DNA of 64,000 nucleotides from an uncultured Flavobacteriales bacterium (GTDB lineage Bacteria; Bacteroidota; Bacteroidia; Flavobacteriales_G; JALEGO01), in assembly GCA_964403835.1 (NCBI GenBank), contig CAYOHR010000001.1, positions 5,862-69,861 on the forward strand, written 5' to 3'. The position numbers and the translations under genes are program-made. Numbering within the stretch: the stretch's first letter is position 1; each line of letters opens with the position of its first letter. The notes beneath the pieces are model-generated. The model worked only from the letters and a program-made list of their open reading frames with translations. It was not told the origin of the DNA and did not search any database. Of this stretch, positions 56,001-64,000 are shown piece after piece.

Positions 56001-56511
56001 TTTCTTTAGGGCCTCCGGGGTTAGGCAGTCCATTTGGACCGGTTGTATTTACTGCATTGTTGCTTAAAAAATTACAATCAATAATAAGGCTTTGGTCTGT
56101 TTTAATATCAGCACAAGTTTTATTGGTTACATCAAAAATAATCCAATCATAATCTTGTGGAGAGACAATACTTAAACAAATAGTTCCGGGGGTTTGAGCC
56201 TGAAAATAATACCAAGCTTCGGCGTTTTGAGTAACGGTAGTCCAATTAGCCTGATTAGTTGTTCCTTGATTATTGTAACATTCATTTCCGTTTTTATTTA
56301 TTATACCAATGGTATTATACTCCCAATTTGGCGGTAAGGGCCATTTGTTTTCAATTAATCCGGTGGTAGATAAACCAGTGGGATAAACAAAGGTATTTTG
56401 ACAAATAGTTTGAGCACCAATACAATCAGCTATAGATTGAGCAAAAAATGGGGTATGGAACGAAAATAAAAAGAAGCATACTAAGACACTTGCTATATTT
56501 TTAATTTTCAT
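53065..56511 (-). CDS. Large adhesin-like protein: SprB-type repeats + PKD domain + T9SS type-B C-terminal sorting domain
   Basis: Signal peptide. Five C..NG.ATV.V..G.GP(Y/F).Y.WS repeats plus two related Ig-like repeats. C-terminal IPNAFTPNRDYINNEF...DRWGNTIF...KWNG...YVYHVKY...GYFTLL. Confidence 0.9.
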   Translation of the reverse strand: MKIKNIASVLVCFFLFSFHTPFFAQSIADCIGAQTICQNTFVYPTGLSTTGLIENKWPLPPNWEYNTIGIINKNGNECYNNQGTTNQANWTTVTQNAEAWYYFQAQTPGTICLSIVSPQDYDWIIFDVTNKTCADIKTDQSLIIDCNFLSNNAVNTTGPNGLPNPGGPKENNPCLNVVAGQEFMLYVGQYSTVPSSLTIQVEPTSTASLFDNISPILESAQSPVACGEDTVKVTFSEPLDCSTVTPNKFEVRDAGNNIVALASVVSTNCVNGFSNKDNEFNFVFSPPLNVAGTYTITVNGLLVDLCGNSALGETITFNLTSSNTLTNSSTAEICTGSNGTATVNVGLGTAPYSYEWSTGATFYNINATSNTISGLSSGPYTVTVTDAGGCPAIVNITVPNTVTNLNTTDNTTPSLCASNNGTATVTVTNGTGPFDYLWSTTASTNNSASNSNTITNLSPGTVTVTITDANGCTGTDNNITVTQSNGNISLNAVSNDDALCTNHSGTVTATVSNGVGPYTYTWSFGPVHPSAATTDQIIGLTAGPQSVTVTDANGCSANASATVLQDNGNITLTTASTPSICTNANGTATVTVSNGTGPFDYQWSIPATINGSASNVNTVTSLANNTYSVSITDANGCTANTNVTVAHTTQPAPALSTVYVNNTTCNASNDGSVKVAASSGTSPYTFLWSNTITDDNLTSLSAGNYSVTTTDANGCQANLSVTITSPPPVELSDIKDTSICNFGTATLQANASGGNGGFSYSWSNNINAQSIQVSPTSQTVYSVTATDVNGCVSTNVISVTVNLFPDISLAVPLVTSVCEGHSATLVANATGGNEIFNYQWSTGGNTSSIVLTPTQTQKYYVTVSNGGDCANTPKVDSIVIGVIKNPVVLFTSDKKDGCPNAEITFSIPNYNSKYQYLWSYGEGSQQTSGANSTFNYQNSGCKDVSLRVTSDSGCVSTFTKPCMINIYEKPEIKFSFSPLNPTNLSPNVTFQDRTPGAVSWLWSIDGTDLFTEQEFHHKFEEVGEHPIKLIVENKKGCADTGQAIVKVEYETVIFIPNAFTPNRDYINNEFGPVGEGLKNDGYEFSVLDRWGNTIFSTNKLGDKWNGKYNNTGSVSPEAVYVYHVKYKDFKGQPQTLEGYFTLLNPIMR
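54337..55518 (-). repeat. Tandem array of five ~80-aa SprB-type repeats inside the adhesin gene
   Basis: aa 332-725 by my count. The units begin EICTGSNGTATVNV, SLCASNNGTATVTV, ALCTNHSGTVTATV, SICTNANGTATVTV and TTCNASNDGSVKVA, and each ends ...VT(V/I)TDANGC. Confidence 0.8.
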
Positions 56512-56763
56512 AAACTAGAATTTATTAACTTAACGTTGTATTTCAAAATCGGTTGCCTCTTTATTTTAAATAGATACGCAAAAAACACGTTTTTTATAAC
56601 ATCATCAAACATTTTAACGATATATTAAGAAATAAGGTTTCGAAATAATCTATTTATGATATTAAATCTGCGCTGTGACTCATTTGAAATTTTTAAGATT
56701 AATAAATATTCATATTTCGGAAGAAGATTTTTGATTTACTAGCAAAAGCTAGTTTGTTTTTAA

Positions 56764-56771
56764 TAATTTTG
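56764..56771 (+). promoter_or_regulatory. Candidate Bacteroidota -7 box (TAATTTTG) for mdh
   Basis: Fits TAnnTTTG. It ends 32 nt upstream of the mdh ATG. Confidence 0.3.
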
Positions 56772-56803
56772 TTTCCATAAAATAATTCATTAAAATTTTT
56801 ACC

Positions 56804-57742
56804 ATGAAAGTTACGGTTATAGGAGCAGGAAATGTTGGAGCCACCTGCGCTGATGTGTTAGCTCACAGAGAAATTGCCAACGAAATAGTTCTTTTAGATA
56901 TTAAAGAAGGTTTTGCCGAGGGAAAAGCCCTTGATATTTGGCAAACATCGCCTGTAAATTTATATGATAGTAAAACGATTGGAGTAACCAATGATTACGA
57001 AAAAACAAAAGATTCGGAAGTAATTGTGATAACATCAGGTATTCCAAGAAAACCGGGCATGACCAGAGATGATTTAATTGCTACCAATGCAAATATTGTA
57101 AAAGGAGTGACAGAAAATGCTGTAAAGTATTCTCCAAATGCAAAAATTATTGTGGTTTCAAATCCTTTAGATGTAATGACTTATTGCGCTTTTTTAGCTG
57201 CAAAAGTAGATCATAAAAAAGTATTTGGAATGGCTGGTATTTTAGATACTGCGAGATACAGAGCTTTTTTAGCGACTGAATTAAATGTTTCTCCAAAAGA
57301 TATACAAGCGGTGTTAATGGGCGGACATGGTGATACTATGGTTCCACTTCCTAGATATACTACTGTGGGTGGAATTCCTGTAACAGAACTTATTTCTGCC
57401 GAAAAATTAAATGCTATTGTTGAAAGAACAAAAGTAGGTGGGGGAGAAATTGTTCAATTGTTAGGTACTTCTGCTTGGTATGCACCGGGTGCTGCTGCAG
57501 CGCAAATGGTTGAAGCTATTGTAAAAGATCAGCGTAAAGTAGTTCCTGTATGTGCTTGGTTACAAGGCGAATATGGATTAAAAGACATTTATTTGGGAAC
57601 TCCTGTAATTTTAGGTAAAAACGGAATTGAAAAAATTATTGAACTAAAATTAAATAATGATGAAATGGCGCTGTTAAATAATTCGGCCAGTGCTGTTAAA
57701 TCAGTGATGGATGTATTAGATAATATGAGTATTATGGCGTAA
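56804..57742 (+). CDS. mdh: Malate dehydrogenase (LDH-like type)
   Basis: MKVTVIGAGNVGATCA..., ITSGIPRKPGMTRDDL, GGHGDTMVP. 312 aa. Confidence 0.95.
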   Translation: MKVTVIGAGNVGATCADVLAHREIANEIVLLDIKEGFAEGKALDIWQTSPVNLYDSKTIGVTNDYEKTKDSEVIVITSGIPRKPGMTRDDLIATNANIVKGVTENAVKYSPNAKIIVVSNPLDVMTYCAFLAAKVDHKKVFGMAGILDTARYRAFLATELNVSPKDIQAVLMGGHGDTMVPLPRYTTVGGIPVTELISAEKLNAIVERTKVGGGEIVQLLGTSAWYAPGAAAAQMVEAIVKDQRKVVPVCAWLQGEYGLKDIYLGTPVILGKNGIEKIIELKLNNDEMALLNNSASAVKSVMDVLDNMSIMA

Positions 57743-57804
57743 TTTAATTACGAATTACGAATTAGTTATTTTTAGTTAAGATTCTTAATGGAAAATCATT
57801 CACA

Positions 57805-57839
57805 AAAGCCCTTGGTTAAAAAACCAGGGCTTTTTTTTA
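57805..57839 (+). terminator. Rho-independent terminator after mdh (also serves the convergent gene)
   Basis: AAGCCCTTGGTT-AAAA-AACCAGGGCTT (one bulge) followed by a T8 run. The A-run on the other side makes it bidirectional. Confidence 0.75.
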
Positions 57840-57840
57840 T

Positions 57841-58323
57841 TTAAAACCATCCATTGGTAGGGATTTGCCCATCTTTTAGCATGTCTATTATTTTTATTGC
57901 TTTATCAATGCGTAACTGCGATGATTTGATGGAAATTATTTTTTGAAGGATATACCGCTGTTTACTTAAAGATAGTTGAGAAAATTTTCTTTCTCCTTCA
58001 ACATCTTGCTGCAAAACTTCTGTAAACTCAATGGGAACTTCCACTCCGTATTTGCTTTCATCTTTTTTAAGAGTAACCTCCACCTCATCCCCTAATTTTA
58101 AACCGGAAGCTTTCATTCTTTGATTGTTTATGCTAACATACGCGCATCCCTTCCCTAAAGCTACTAAACCTGCTTGAAATGTAATCAACTTATTTAAAGT
58201 ACACCACACACGTTGATTTATTTTTCCGCCTAAACCCTGAACCATTTCATGCGGAACATCAATATAGTGCGTATTTATTAGATGAGATAAAAGACCTATG
58301 CGGGTTTTGTATTGCACTTCCAT
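57841..58323 (-). CDS. YdeI/DUF1905-family protein
   Basis: DUF1905-like N-terminal barrel (GKINQRVWCTLN...GCAYVSINNQRMKASGLKLGDEVEVTL) and a YdeI-like C-terminal helix region. The ATG at 58323 is preferred over the TTG at 58341. Confidence 0.6.
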   Translation of the reverse strand: MEVQYKTRIGLLSHLINTHYIDVPHEMVQGLGGKINQRVWCTLNKLITFQAGLVALGKGCAYVSINNQRMKASGLKLGDEVEVTLKKDESKYGVEVPIEFTEVLQQDVEGERKFSQLSLSKQRYILQKIISIKSSQLRIDKAIKIIDMLKDGQIPTNGWF

Positions 58324-58410
58324 TGACTCAGTTTTAAACAAAATTAAAGAAACTACCTTTTACTTATTCTTTTGAGTTAAATTTGAGTTTATTTTTTAAA
58401 AAACTTTGAG

Positions 58411-59163
58411 GTGGCTATAAACTCAACTGAAAAAGATATTATTTCTTTATTTACGAATAATACATTAGATTCTGAATCGAAAGAATACTTGCATACGCAT
58501 GCCAAACGCTATGCTTTTAATATAAATACGATTGAATCACTTAAAACCGCTTTTCCTGAAAACGCAAAAATTTTAGATATTGGACCTTCTTTTTTTATTG
58601 AAATATTACGGCATTATTTTCCTAAAAACGAAGTTTATACCATAGGCTTTAAAGCAGAGGAAAGCAGAGGAGGTCATTTTCCTGCTTTTATTGAAGTATT
58701 AGATGATCATTATTATGTTTTTAACTTAAATGATACCCAGGTAAAAGAAAAATGGATTCAAACGCAGGCGCATGATTTAATCATTTTTTCGGAGGTGATT
58801 GAACATTTATATACTTCTCCGAATTTAGTTTTAGCCTTTTTATCGACTTGCTTAAAGAAAAATGGATATATTCTTATTCAAACGCCCAATGCAGTTTCTT
58901 TAATCAAACGCATTAAAATGTTATTTGGAGTGCATCCTTACGAACAAATTCGTGAAAATCATTTAAATCCGGGTCATTATCGTGAATATACTCAAAAAGA
59001 ATTGCGAACAATGTTGGAAAAAAATGGTTTTACTGTAAAAGAGGTATTTTATAAAAGCTATTTTTCAAAATCGTCTTTAAAAGGCAAACTGTACAATAAA
59101 ATTCAATCTTTTATGCCAGGTTCTTGGCGAGATGCCATTACGCTGGTTGCTCAAAAAAATTAG
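58411..59163 (+). CDS. Class I SAM-dependent methyltransferase
   Basis: AKILDIGPS (motif I variant) and DLIIFSEVIEHLYTSPNLVLAFLSTCLKKNGYILIQTPN (motifs II-III). GTG start. Confidence 0.7.
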   Translation: MAINSTEKDIISLFTNNTLDSESKEYLHTHAKRYAFNINTIESLKTAFPENAKILDIGPSFFIEILRHYFPKNEVYTIGFKAEESRGGHFPAFIEVLDDHYYVFNLNDTQVKEKWIQTQAHDLIIFSEVIEHLYTSPNLVLAFLSTCLKKNGYILIQTPNAVSLIKRIKMLFGVHPYEQIRENHLNPGHYREYTQKELRTMLEKNGFTVKEVFYKSYFSKSSLKGKLYNKIQSFMPGSWRDAITLVAQKN

Positions 59164-59168
59164 TGGAT

Positions 59169-60212
59169 ATGAGTTTAAAAATGAAATTACTCATTGCTTT
59201 AATACTTGCAGTAACCATCCTAGTCTTTATTGGTGGTATTTTTTATTTTAAAAATTTCGTTGTTTCTAATGTGGATACCCATGGTAAGGAAACTTTTTTA
59301 TTTATTCCCCGGGGCGCTACCCAAGAGACTGTTGTTGAACAAATTATTCAAGCGGGCTTTATAAAAAACGAATCTACCTTTAAGTGGATGGTCAAAAAGA
59401 AAAATTACCGAGGTCGAAATATTGTTCCTGGCAAATACAAAATAACCAATGGGTGGTCAAATAACGCTTTAATTAACCATTTGCGAGCCGGAAATGGCCG
59501 TATTGATGTATATGTTCGGTTTAATCAAGTTCGAACGTTAAAAGATTTATCGGTTCGGTTAACCAAAGAAATCCCATTAGACTCAAATGAAGTATATAAT
59601 TGGCTTTTAAACCCGGATTCGGTAAAACAATTCGGGTTTAACGAAAACAACATCATTTGTATGTTTATTCCGAATACCTATTTTGTTGATTGGGATATTA
59701 CAACCCCTGAATTAATGAGAAAAATGTACAAGGAATATATTAAGTTTTGGAATACCGAACGGTTAGAGAAAGCGAAGCAATGTGGCCTTAGCCCTGCAGA
59801 AGTAAGTACTTTAGCGTCTATTGTTTATTGGGAAACCAAAGTCCCTGAGGATATGCCTGTTGTTGCGGGGGTTTATATGAACCGGCTCCGAATAGGAATG
59901 GCTTTACAAGCTGATCCCACCATTATTTTTGCTTTAAATGATTATACTATTCGCCGGGTTTTAAAGGGCCATAAAGAGGTTGATTCGCCTTACAATACAT
60001 ATAAATACCCCGGATTACCTCCCGGACCTATCTTAATTCCCCCTATTTCATACATTGATGCCGTATTAAATTATAGTAAGCACAATTATTTGTATTTTGT
60101 TGCTAAAGAAGATCTTTCGGGATACAGCTATTTCTCAACCAATTATAATCAACACATGATTTATGCTGAAAAGTACCACAAAGCATTAAATGAACAGAAG
60201 ATTTTGAAATAG
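59169..60212 (+). CDS. mltG: Endolytic murein transglycosylase MltG (YceG family)
   Basis: N-terminal TM. ASIVYWETKVPEDMPVVAGVYMNRL and SPYNTYKYPGLPPGPI motifs. The ATG at 59169 follows the upstream stop by 5 nt. Confidence 0.9.
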   Translation: MSLKMKLLIALILAVTILVFIGGIFYFKNFVVSNVDTHGKETFLFIPRGATQETVVEQIIQAGFIKNESTFKWMVKKKNYRGRNIVPGKYKITNGWSNNALINHLRAGNGRIDVYVRFNQVRTLKDLSVRLTKEIPLDSNEVYNWLLNPDSVKQFGFNENNIICMFIPNTYFVDWDITTPELMRKMYKEYIKFWNTERLEKAKQCGLSPAEVSTLASIVYWETKVPEDMPVVAGVYMNRLRIGMALQADPTIIFALNDYTIRRVLKGHKEVDSPYNTYKYPGLPPGPILIPPISYIDAVLNYSKHNYLYFVAKEDLSGYSYFSTNYNQHMIYAEKYHKALNEQKILK

Positions 60213-60234
60213 ATCGCTACAAATATTTTAAAAA

Positions 60235-61353
60235 ATGAATCAAAAATTATCGCTTCTAAATATTGCTGCTCTCTTTATTGTTATAGCCCTGAGCCTATAT
60301 TTGATATACGTAGCAAATAACTTAATTACACCTTTATTTTTTGCATTTCTATTTTCAATACTGCTACTCCCTTTAGTTGGTCTTTTACAGAAAAAATTAA
60401 AATTCCCACGAATAATTGCCATTATTACTAGCATTTTGGCGGCAGGAATTGTTTTACTGAGTATTCTTCTGTTTTTGGGTATTGAAATAAATTTATTTAC
60501 TCAGCAATGGCCGGCTATTAAGAGTAATGTGTTTTTGCATTTGCAAAACCTACAACATTGGATTGAAGTCCATTTTAATATAAGTTATAAAAATCAGCAA
60601 AGCTACATAAGTCAAATAAGCGAAAGAGCCGTGCAAGAAGGGACAGGGCTTATTGGGGATGTTTTAGGTGCATTTACAGGTACATTCTTAAATTTTATTT
60701 TAATTCCCATTTACACTTTTCTCTTAATGCTTTATCAAGATTTGTTTTTAAATGCGATACAAGCTTTTATTAAACCGCTTCATCATATTAAATTAAATGA
60801 GATATTAAAAAGCATTAAATCGGCCATTCAAAATTATATTGTTGGATTGTTAATAGAAATGGTTGTTGTAGCGTTTTTAAATGCAATTGGTTTATGGATC
60901 ATTGGGGTTGATTATATTATTTTATTAGCGGTTATCACAGGCATTTTAAATATTATTCCGTACATAGGCATTATTATAGCAACTTTTTTCTCGGTTATAG
61001 TTACTCTATCCGGATCGCCTGAAATCTCTGATATTATGGGGGTAATTATAGTGAATATAATTGTACAGGTGATTGATAATAATTTTTTGGTTCCGAAAAT
61101 TATTGGCTCAAAGGTTAGCATTAATGCTTTATTCTCGATGGTAGGAGTTATTGTTGGCGGGGCTCTTGCCGGAATAGCAGGCATGTTTTTAGCCATCCCG
61201 GCTTTAGCTATATTAAAAGTAATATCGGATCATGTTTCTGCGTTAAAACCTTTAGGTATGTTGTTGGGAGATATAAAAAAGGTAAAAAATCCAATTCCTG
61301 TGCCCATACCTAATCAAGAAAATACCGATCCCCCTATTTCAAAAAAAGTATAG
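60235..61353 (+). CDS. AI-2E family transporter (PerM/UPF0118)
   Basis: 372 aa, ~8 TM, with the typical ...IPYIG... and FLVPKIIG... segments. Confidence 0.85.
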   Translation: MNQKLSLLNIAALFIVIALSLYLIYVANNLITPLFFAFLFSILLLPLVGLLQKKLKFPRIIAIITSILAAGIVLLSILLFLGIEINLFTQQWPAIKSNVFLHLQNLQHWIEVHFNISYKNQQSYISQISERAVQEGTGLIGDVLGAFTGTFLNFILIPIYTFLLMLYQDLFLNAIQAFIKPLHHIKLNEILKSIKSAIQNYIVGLLIEMVVVAFLNAIGLWIIGVDYIILLAVITGILNIIPYIGIIIATFFSVIVTLSGSPEISDIMGVIIVNIIVQVIDNNFLVPKIIGSKVSINALFSMVGVIVGGALAGIAGMFLAIPALAILKVISDHVSALKPLGMLLGDIKKVKNPIPVPIPNQENTDPPISKKV

Positions 61354-61359
61354 CATATA

Positions 61360-61596
61360 ATGGAGGCAGATTCACAAATATTGGTGCAATTAGTAAAAAT
61401 GCAAATGCCTTTTGGCAAATACAAAGGCACTGTATTATGTAATTTACCGGTAACGTATTTAGAGTGGTTTCAAAGAAAGGGCTTTCCGGAAGGAAAATTA
61501 GGGATGTTATTAAACACTTTGTACGAAATAAGGTTAAATGGATTAGAGTATTTATTGGAGCCTATCAAAAAAATGAATTACCAAGGGCGAATATGA
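61360..61596 (+). CDS. DUF3820-family protein
   Basis: MPFGKYKGTVLCNLPVTYLEWFQRKGFPEGKLG is the characteristic signature of this small family. Confidence 0.75.
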   Translation: MEADSQILVQLVKMQMPFGKYKGTVLCNLPVTYLEWFQRKGFPEGKLGMLLNTLYEIRLNGLEYLLEPIKKMNYQGRI

Positions 61597-62069
61597 AAGC
61601 GGCCAGTTTACACGAAATAAAAAAAGAGCTGGAACACCTCACTCCTAAAGAGGTTTTTGATTTATGTATTCGGCTTGCAAAATACAAAAAGGAGAATAAA
61701 GAATTACTCAATTATCTTTTGTTTGAAGCCCATGATGAGGCTAAATACATAGAAAATATTAAAAAAGAGGTCGATGTACAATTTGAAGATGTAAATACCT
61801 CCCAAGTATTTTTCGCAAAAAAAACCATTCGGAAAATATTGCGAAACGTTAATAAACACATTAAATATTCAGGTCAAAAACAAACCGAAGTAGAATTATT
61901 GATTTATTTCTGCAAAAAAATGAAGCAATGTCCCATTCCATTTAAGAAATATTTAATCTTATTAAATTTATACGAGCGACAAATTACTAAAATTGAAAAG
62001 GCGCTTGTTACCCTACATGAAGACTTACAGTTTGATTACCGGAAAGATTTTGAGGATTTACAGGTATAA
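61593..62069 (+). CDS. Hypothetical protein (158 aa)
   Basis: The ATG at 61593 overlaps the upstream TGA (ATGA). The longer track ORF from 61464 would overlap the DUF3820 gene. No motif recognised. Confidence 0.6.
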   Translation: MKAASLHEIKKELEHLTPKEVFDLCIRLAKYKKENKELLNYLLFEAHDEAKYIENIKKEVDVQFEDVNTSQVFFAKKTIRKILRNVNKHIKYSGQKQTEVELLIYFCKKMKQCPIPFKKYLILLNLYERQITKIEKALVTLHEDLQFDYRKDFEDLQV

Positions 62070-62071
62070 AA

Positions 62072-62584
62072 TTACTCAAACGTAATTAAAACCTGGCTTT
62101 TTTCAACGGCATTGCCCTTTATAACATGAATTTTCTTAACAATTCCATCTCCTGCTGCTTTTATCATGTTTTCCATTTTCATGGCCTCTAAAATAATAAG
62201 CGCATCTCCTTTTTTTACTTCCAATCCCTCTTTTGCAATCACCTCCAACACCAAACCCGGCATAGGAGCTTTTAATTCTTTTATCTTTTTAGAAGCGAGC
62301 GCATCAAAACCCATTTCTTTCAATAACAAATCTAACGAGGTGTTTAATTCACATTCGTATTTATTGCCATTTACCCGTATAGTGACCTTTTTTTCCTCTT
62401 TATTCACTTTTAAAACCTCCACGCTATAGTTTACATGATCCTTGGTAACATGAAAGCTCAGTTCGCTTGTTTTATAAACATCAAACATCTTTTCTGTTCC
62501 ATTTACTAATACTTTAGAGGTATCTGAATTAGCAAACTCTATGCTAAAAGTAGCGTCTTGTATTTTTACCTGATAATTTTTCAT
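62072..62584 (-). CDS. Biotin/lipoyl-attachment domain protein (biotin carboxyl carrier-like)
   Basis: C-terminal ...GDALIILEAMKMENMIKA... (biotinyl-Lys motif EAMKM). 170 aa. Its start overlaps the kbl stop. Confidence 0.85.
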   Translation of the reverse strand: MKNYQVKIQDATFSIEFANSDTSKVLVNGTEKMFDVYKTSELSFHVTKDHVNYSVEVLKVNKEEKKVTIRVNGNKYECELNTSLDLLLKEMGFDALASKKIKELKAPMPGLVLEVIAKEGLEVKKGDALIILEAMKMENMIKAAGDGIVKKIHVIKGNAVEKSQVLITFE

Positions 62585-63768
62585 TTTATTACATTCAATT
62601 CTTTTCCAACTTTTTCAAAGGCTTCCAGGGCTTTATCTAAATGCCATTTTTCATGTCCGGCCGATATTTGCACACGAATACGCGCTTGTTCTTTAGGTAC
62701 AACCGGAAAGAAAAACCCTACCGCATATACGCCTTCTTGTAATAAGCGATCGGCAAATTTTTGAGCTAATTTGGCGTCGTACAACATAATGGGAACAATG
62801 GGTGAATCGCCCGGTTTAATATCAAACCCTAAGGTTTTAATTTTTTCTTTAAAATAGGTAGTATTTTGTTCTAATTTATCCCGTAATTGGGTTGTTTCAT
62901 TCAACATGTTTAAAACTTCGATAGAAGCTCCAACAATAATGGGCGACAAAGAATTAGAAAACAAATAAGGCCGCGATCGCTGGCGCAACATTTCAATTAT
63001 TTCTTTTTTTCCGCTGGTAAAGCCTCCCATAGCGCCGCCTAGGGCTTTCCCTAAGGTTCCGGTAATAATATCTATTTTGCCGGTTACTCCATGGTATTCC
63101 GGAGTTCCTTTGCCTGTTTTACCAATAAACCCGGTCGAATGACTCTCATCGACCATAATCATGGCTTTATATTTTTCGGCTAAAGCGCATATTTCAGGTA
63201 ATTTAGCAATGTCGCCATCCATCGAAAAAACGCCATCGGTTACAATAATTCTATTTTTTTGAGCTTGCGATTCAATTAATTTTTGTTCTAAATCGGCCAT
63301 ATTACTGTGATCATAGCGATATCTAACGGCCTTACACAAGCGCACTCCATCAATAATAGAGGCATGATTTAATGCATCGGAAATAATCGCATCTTCTTCT
63401 CCAAATAAAGGTTCGAAAACACCGCCGTTGGCATCGAAACAAGCCGCATATAAGATGGTATCTTCCATTCCTAAAAAAGAGGATAACTTTTCTTCTAATT
63501 GTTTATGAATATCTTGTGTACCGCAAATAAAACGCACCGAAGACATTCCGTATCCGTGTGTATCTAAGCTTTTTTTTGCTGCTTCTACTACTCGCGGGTG
63601 CGATGATAAACCCAGGTAATTATTGGCACACATGACTATTACTTCTTCGTTAGCAGTAGTTTTAACTACCGCTCCCTGCGGAGTTTTAATAATGCGTTCT
63701 TTTTTAAATAAGCCTGCTTCCTGTATGTTTTCGAGTTCTTTTTTGTATGTTGTTTGTGCAGTATACAT
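62581..63768 (-). CDS. kbl: Glycine C-acetyltransferase (2-amino-3-ketobutyrate CoA ligase)
   Basis: Alpha-oxoamine synthase fold. DESHSTGF and GTLGKALGGAMGGF (PLP-Lys). The ATG at 63768 (MYTAQTTYKKELENI) is preferred. Confidence 0.9.
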   Translation of the reverse strand: MYTAQTTYKKELENIQEAGLFKKERIIKTPQGAVVKTTANEEVIVMCANNYLGLSSHPRVVEAAKKSLDTHGYGMSSVRFICGTQDIHKQLEEKLSSFLGMEDTILYAACFDANGGVFEPLFGEEDAIISDALNHASIIDGVRLCKAVRYRYDHSNMADLEQKLIESQAQKNRIIVTDGVFSMDGDIAKLPEICALAEKYKAMIMVDESHSTGFIGKTGKGTPEYHGVTGKIDIITGTLGKALGGAMGGFTSGKKEIIEMLRQRSRPYLFSNSLSPIIVGASIEVLNMLNETTQLRDKLEQNTTYFKEKIKTLGFDIKPGDSPIVPIMLYDAKLAQKFADRLLQEGVYAVGFFFPVVPKEQARIRVQISAGHEKWHLDKALEAFEKVGKELNVIK

Positions 63769-63886
63769 GAGCAATAAATAAAAAATATGCTTGTAAAAGT
63801 ACAAAATACTTCTTTTGATTTATATATCATCTTTATACACGAAACTATTCTTTTAAAAAATCGTTTAAGTACTAAGCTTAACTCTT

Positions 63887-64000
63887 ATGAGTTTAAATAA
63901 ACATATTATCCTACTTATTGCTTTAACCAGCTCATTATCTGTGTTTTCTCAAGATTGCCCCATTCAAAAAAGTTATTTTAAAGGGGGCGAAAAAATTTCG
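63887..64000 (+). CDS. N-terminus of a secreted protein, 3'-truncated by the window edge
   Basis: The ATG at 63887 gives MSLNKHIILLIALTSSLSVFSQ (signal peptide). The frame is open to nt 64000. Confidence 0.4.
   Translation, partial: MSLNKHIILLIALTSSLSVFSQDCPIQKSYFKGGEKIS

Noticed and set aside
61464-61592. N-terminal 43-codon extension of ORF 61464..62069 overlapping the DUF3820 gene
   Set aside because: The extension is out of frame within a gene that has a clear family signature. The ATG at 61593 forms an ATGA overlap with the upstream stop, the usual coupled arrangement.

Overview
This 64-kb chromosomal window comes from a low-GC member of the Bacteroidota. The evidence is type-A and type-B T9SS C-terminal sorting domains, SprB-type repeats, a MurF-Alr fusion, TAnnTTTG-like -7 boxes and many lipoproteins. 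Most of it is core housekeeping: proS, dprA, ung, deoC, nadK, pdxJ, mdh, mltG, kbl, murF/alr, and an alpha-2-macroglobulin + pbpC pair. These genes are interleaved with cell-surface genes. I found no rRNA, tRNA, CRISPR array, transposase or integrase. The most unusual part is the first ~11 kb. It holds a giant 5'-truncated protein with divergent YD/Rhs-like motifs, a propeller/PKD/YD lipoprotein and a tiny Cys-rich lipoprotein. These are followed by a markedly AT-rich island of small orphan ORFs, one of them Imm22-like, that is cut by a ~56-70 bp direct repeat and a recurring TAATGGT junction motif. I read this as a candidate orphan-immunity or polymorphic-toxin cassette array. The second candidate system is an ECF sigma factor whose anti-sigma-slot partner carries a PKD domain and a T9SS type-B sorting domain, next to a 1148-aa SprB-repeat adhesin. 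Other oddities are a Kunitz/BPTI-type lipoprotein, a half-length ALDH paralogue lacking the catalytic domain in a deoC cluster, a decayed ubiX remnant, and two genes with no canonical start codon. All family assignments come from motif recognition by eye, not from searches.
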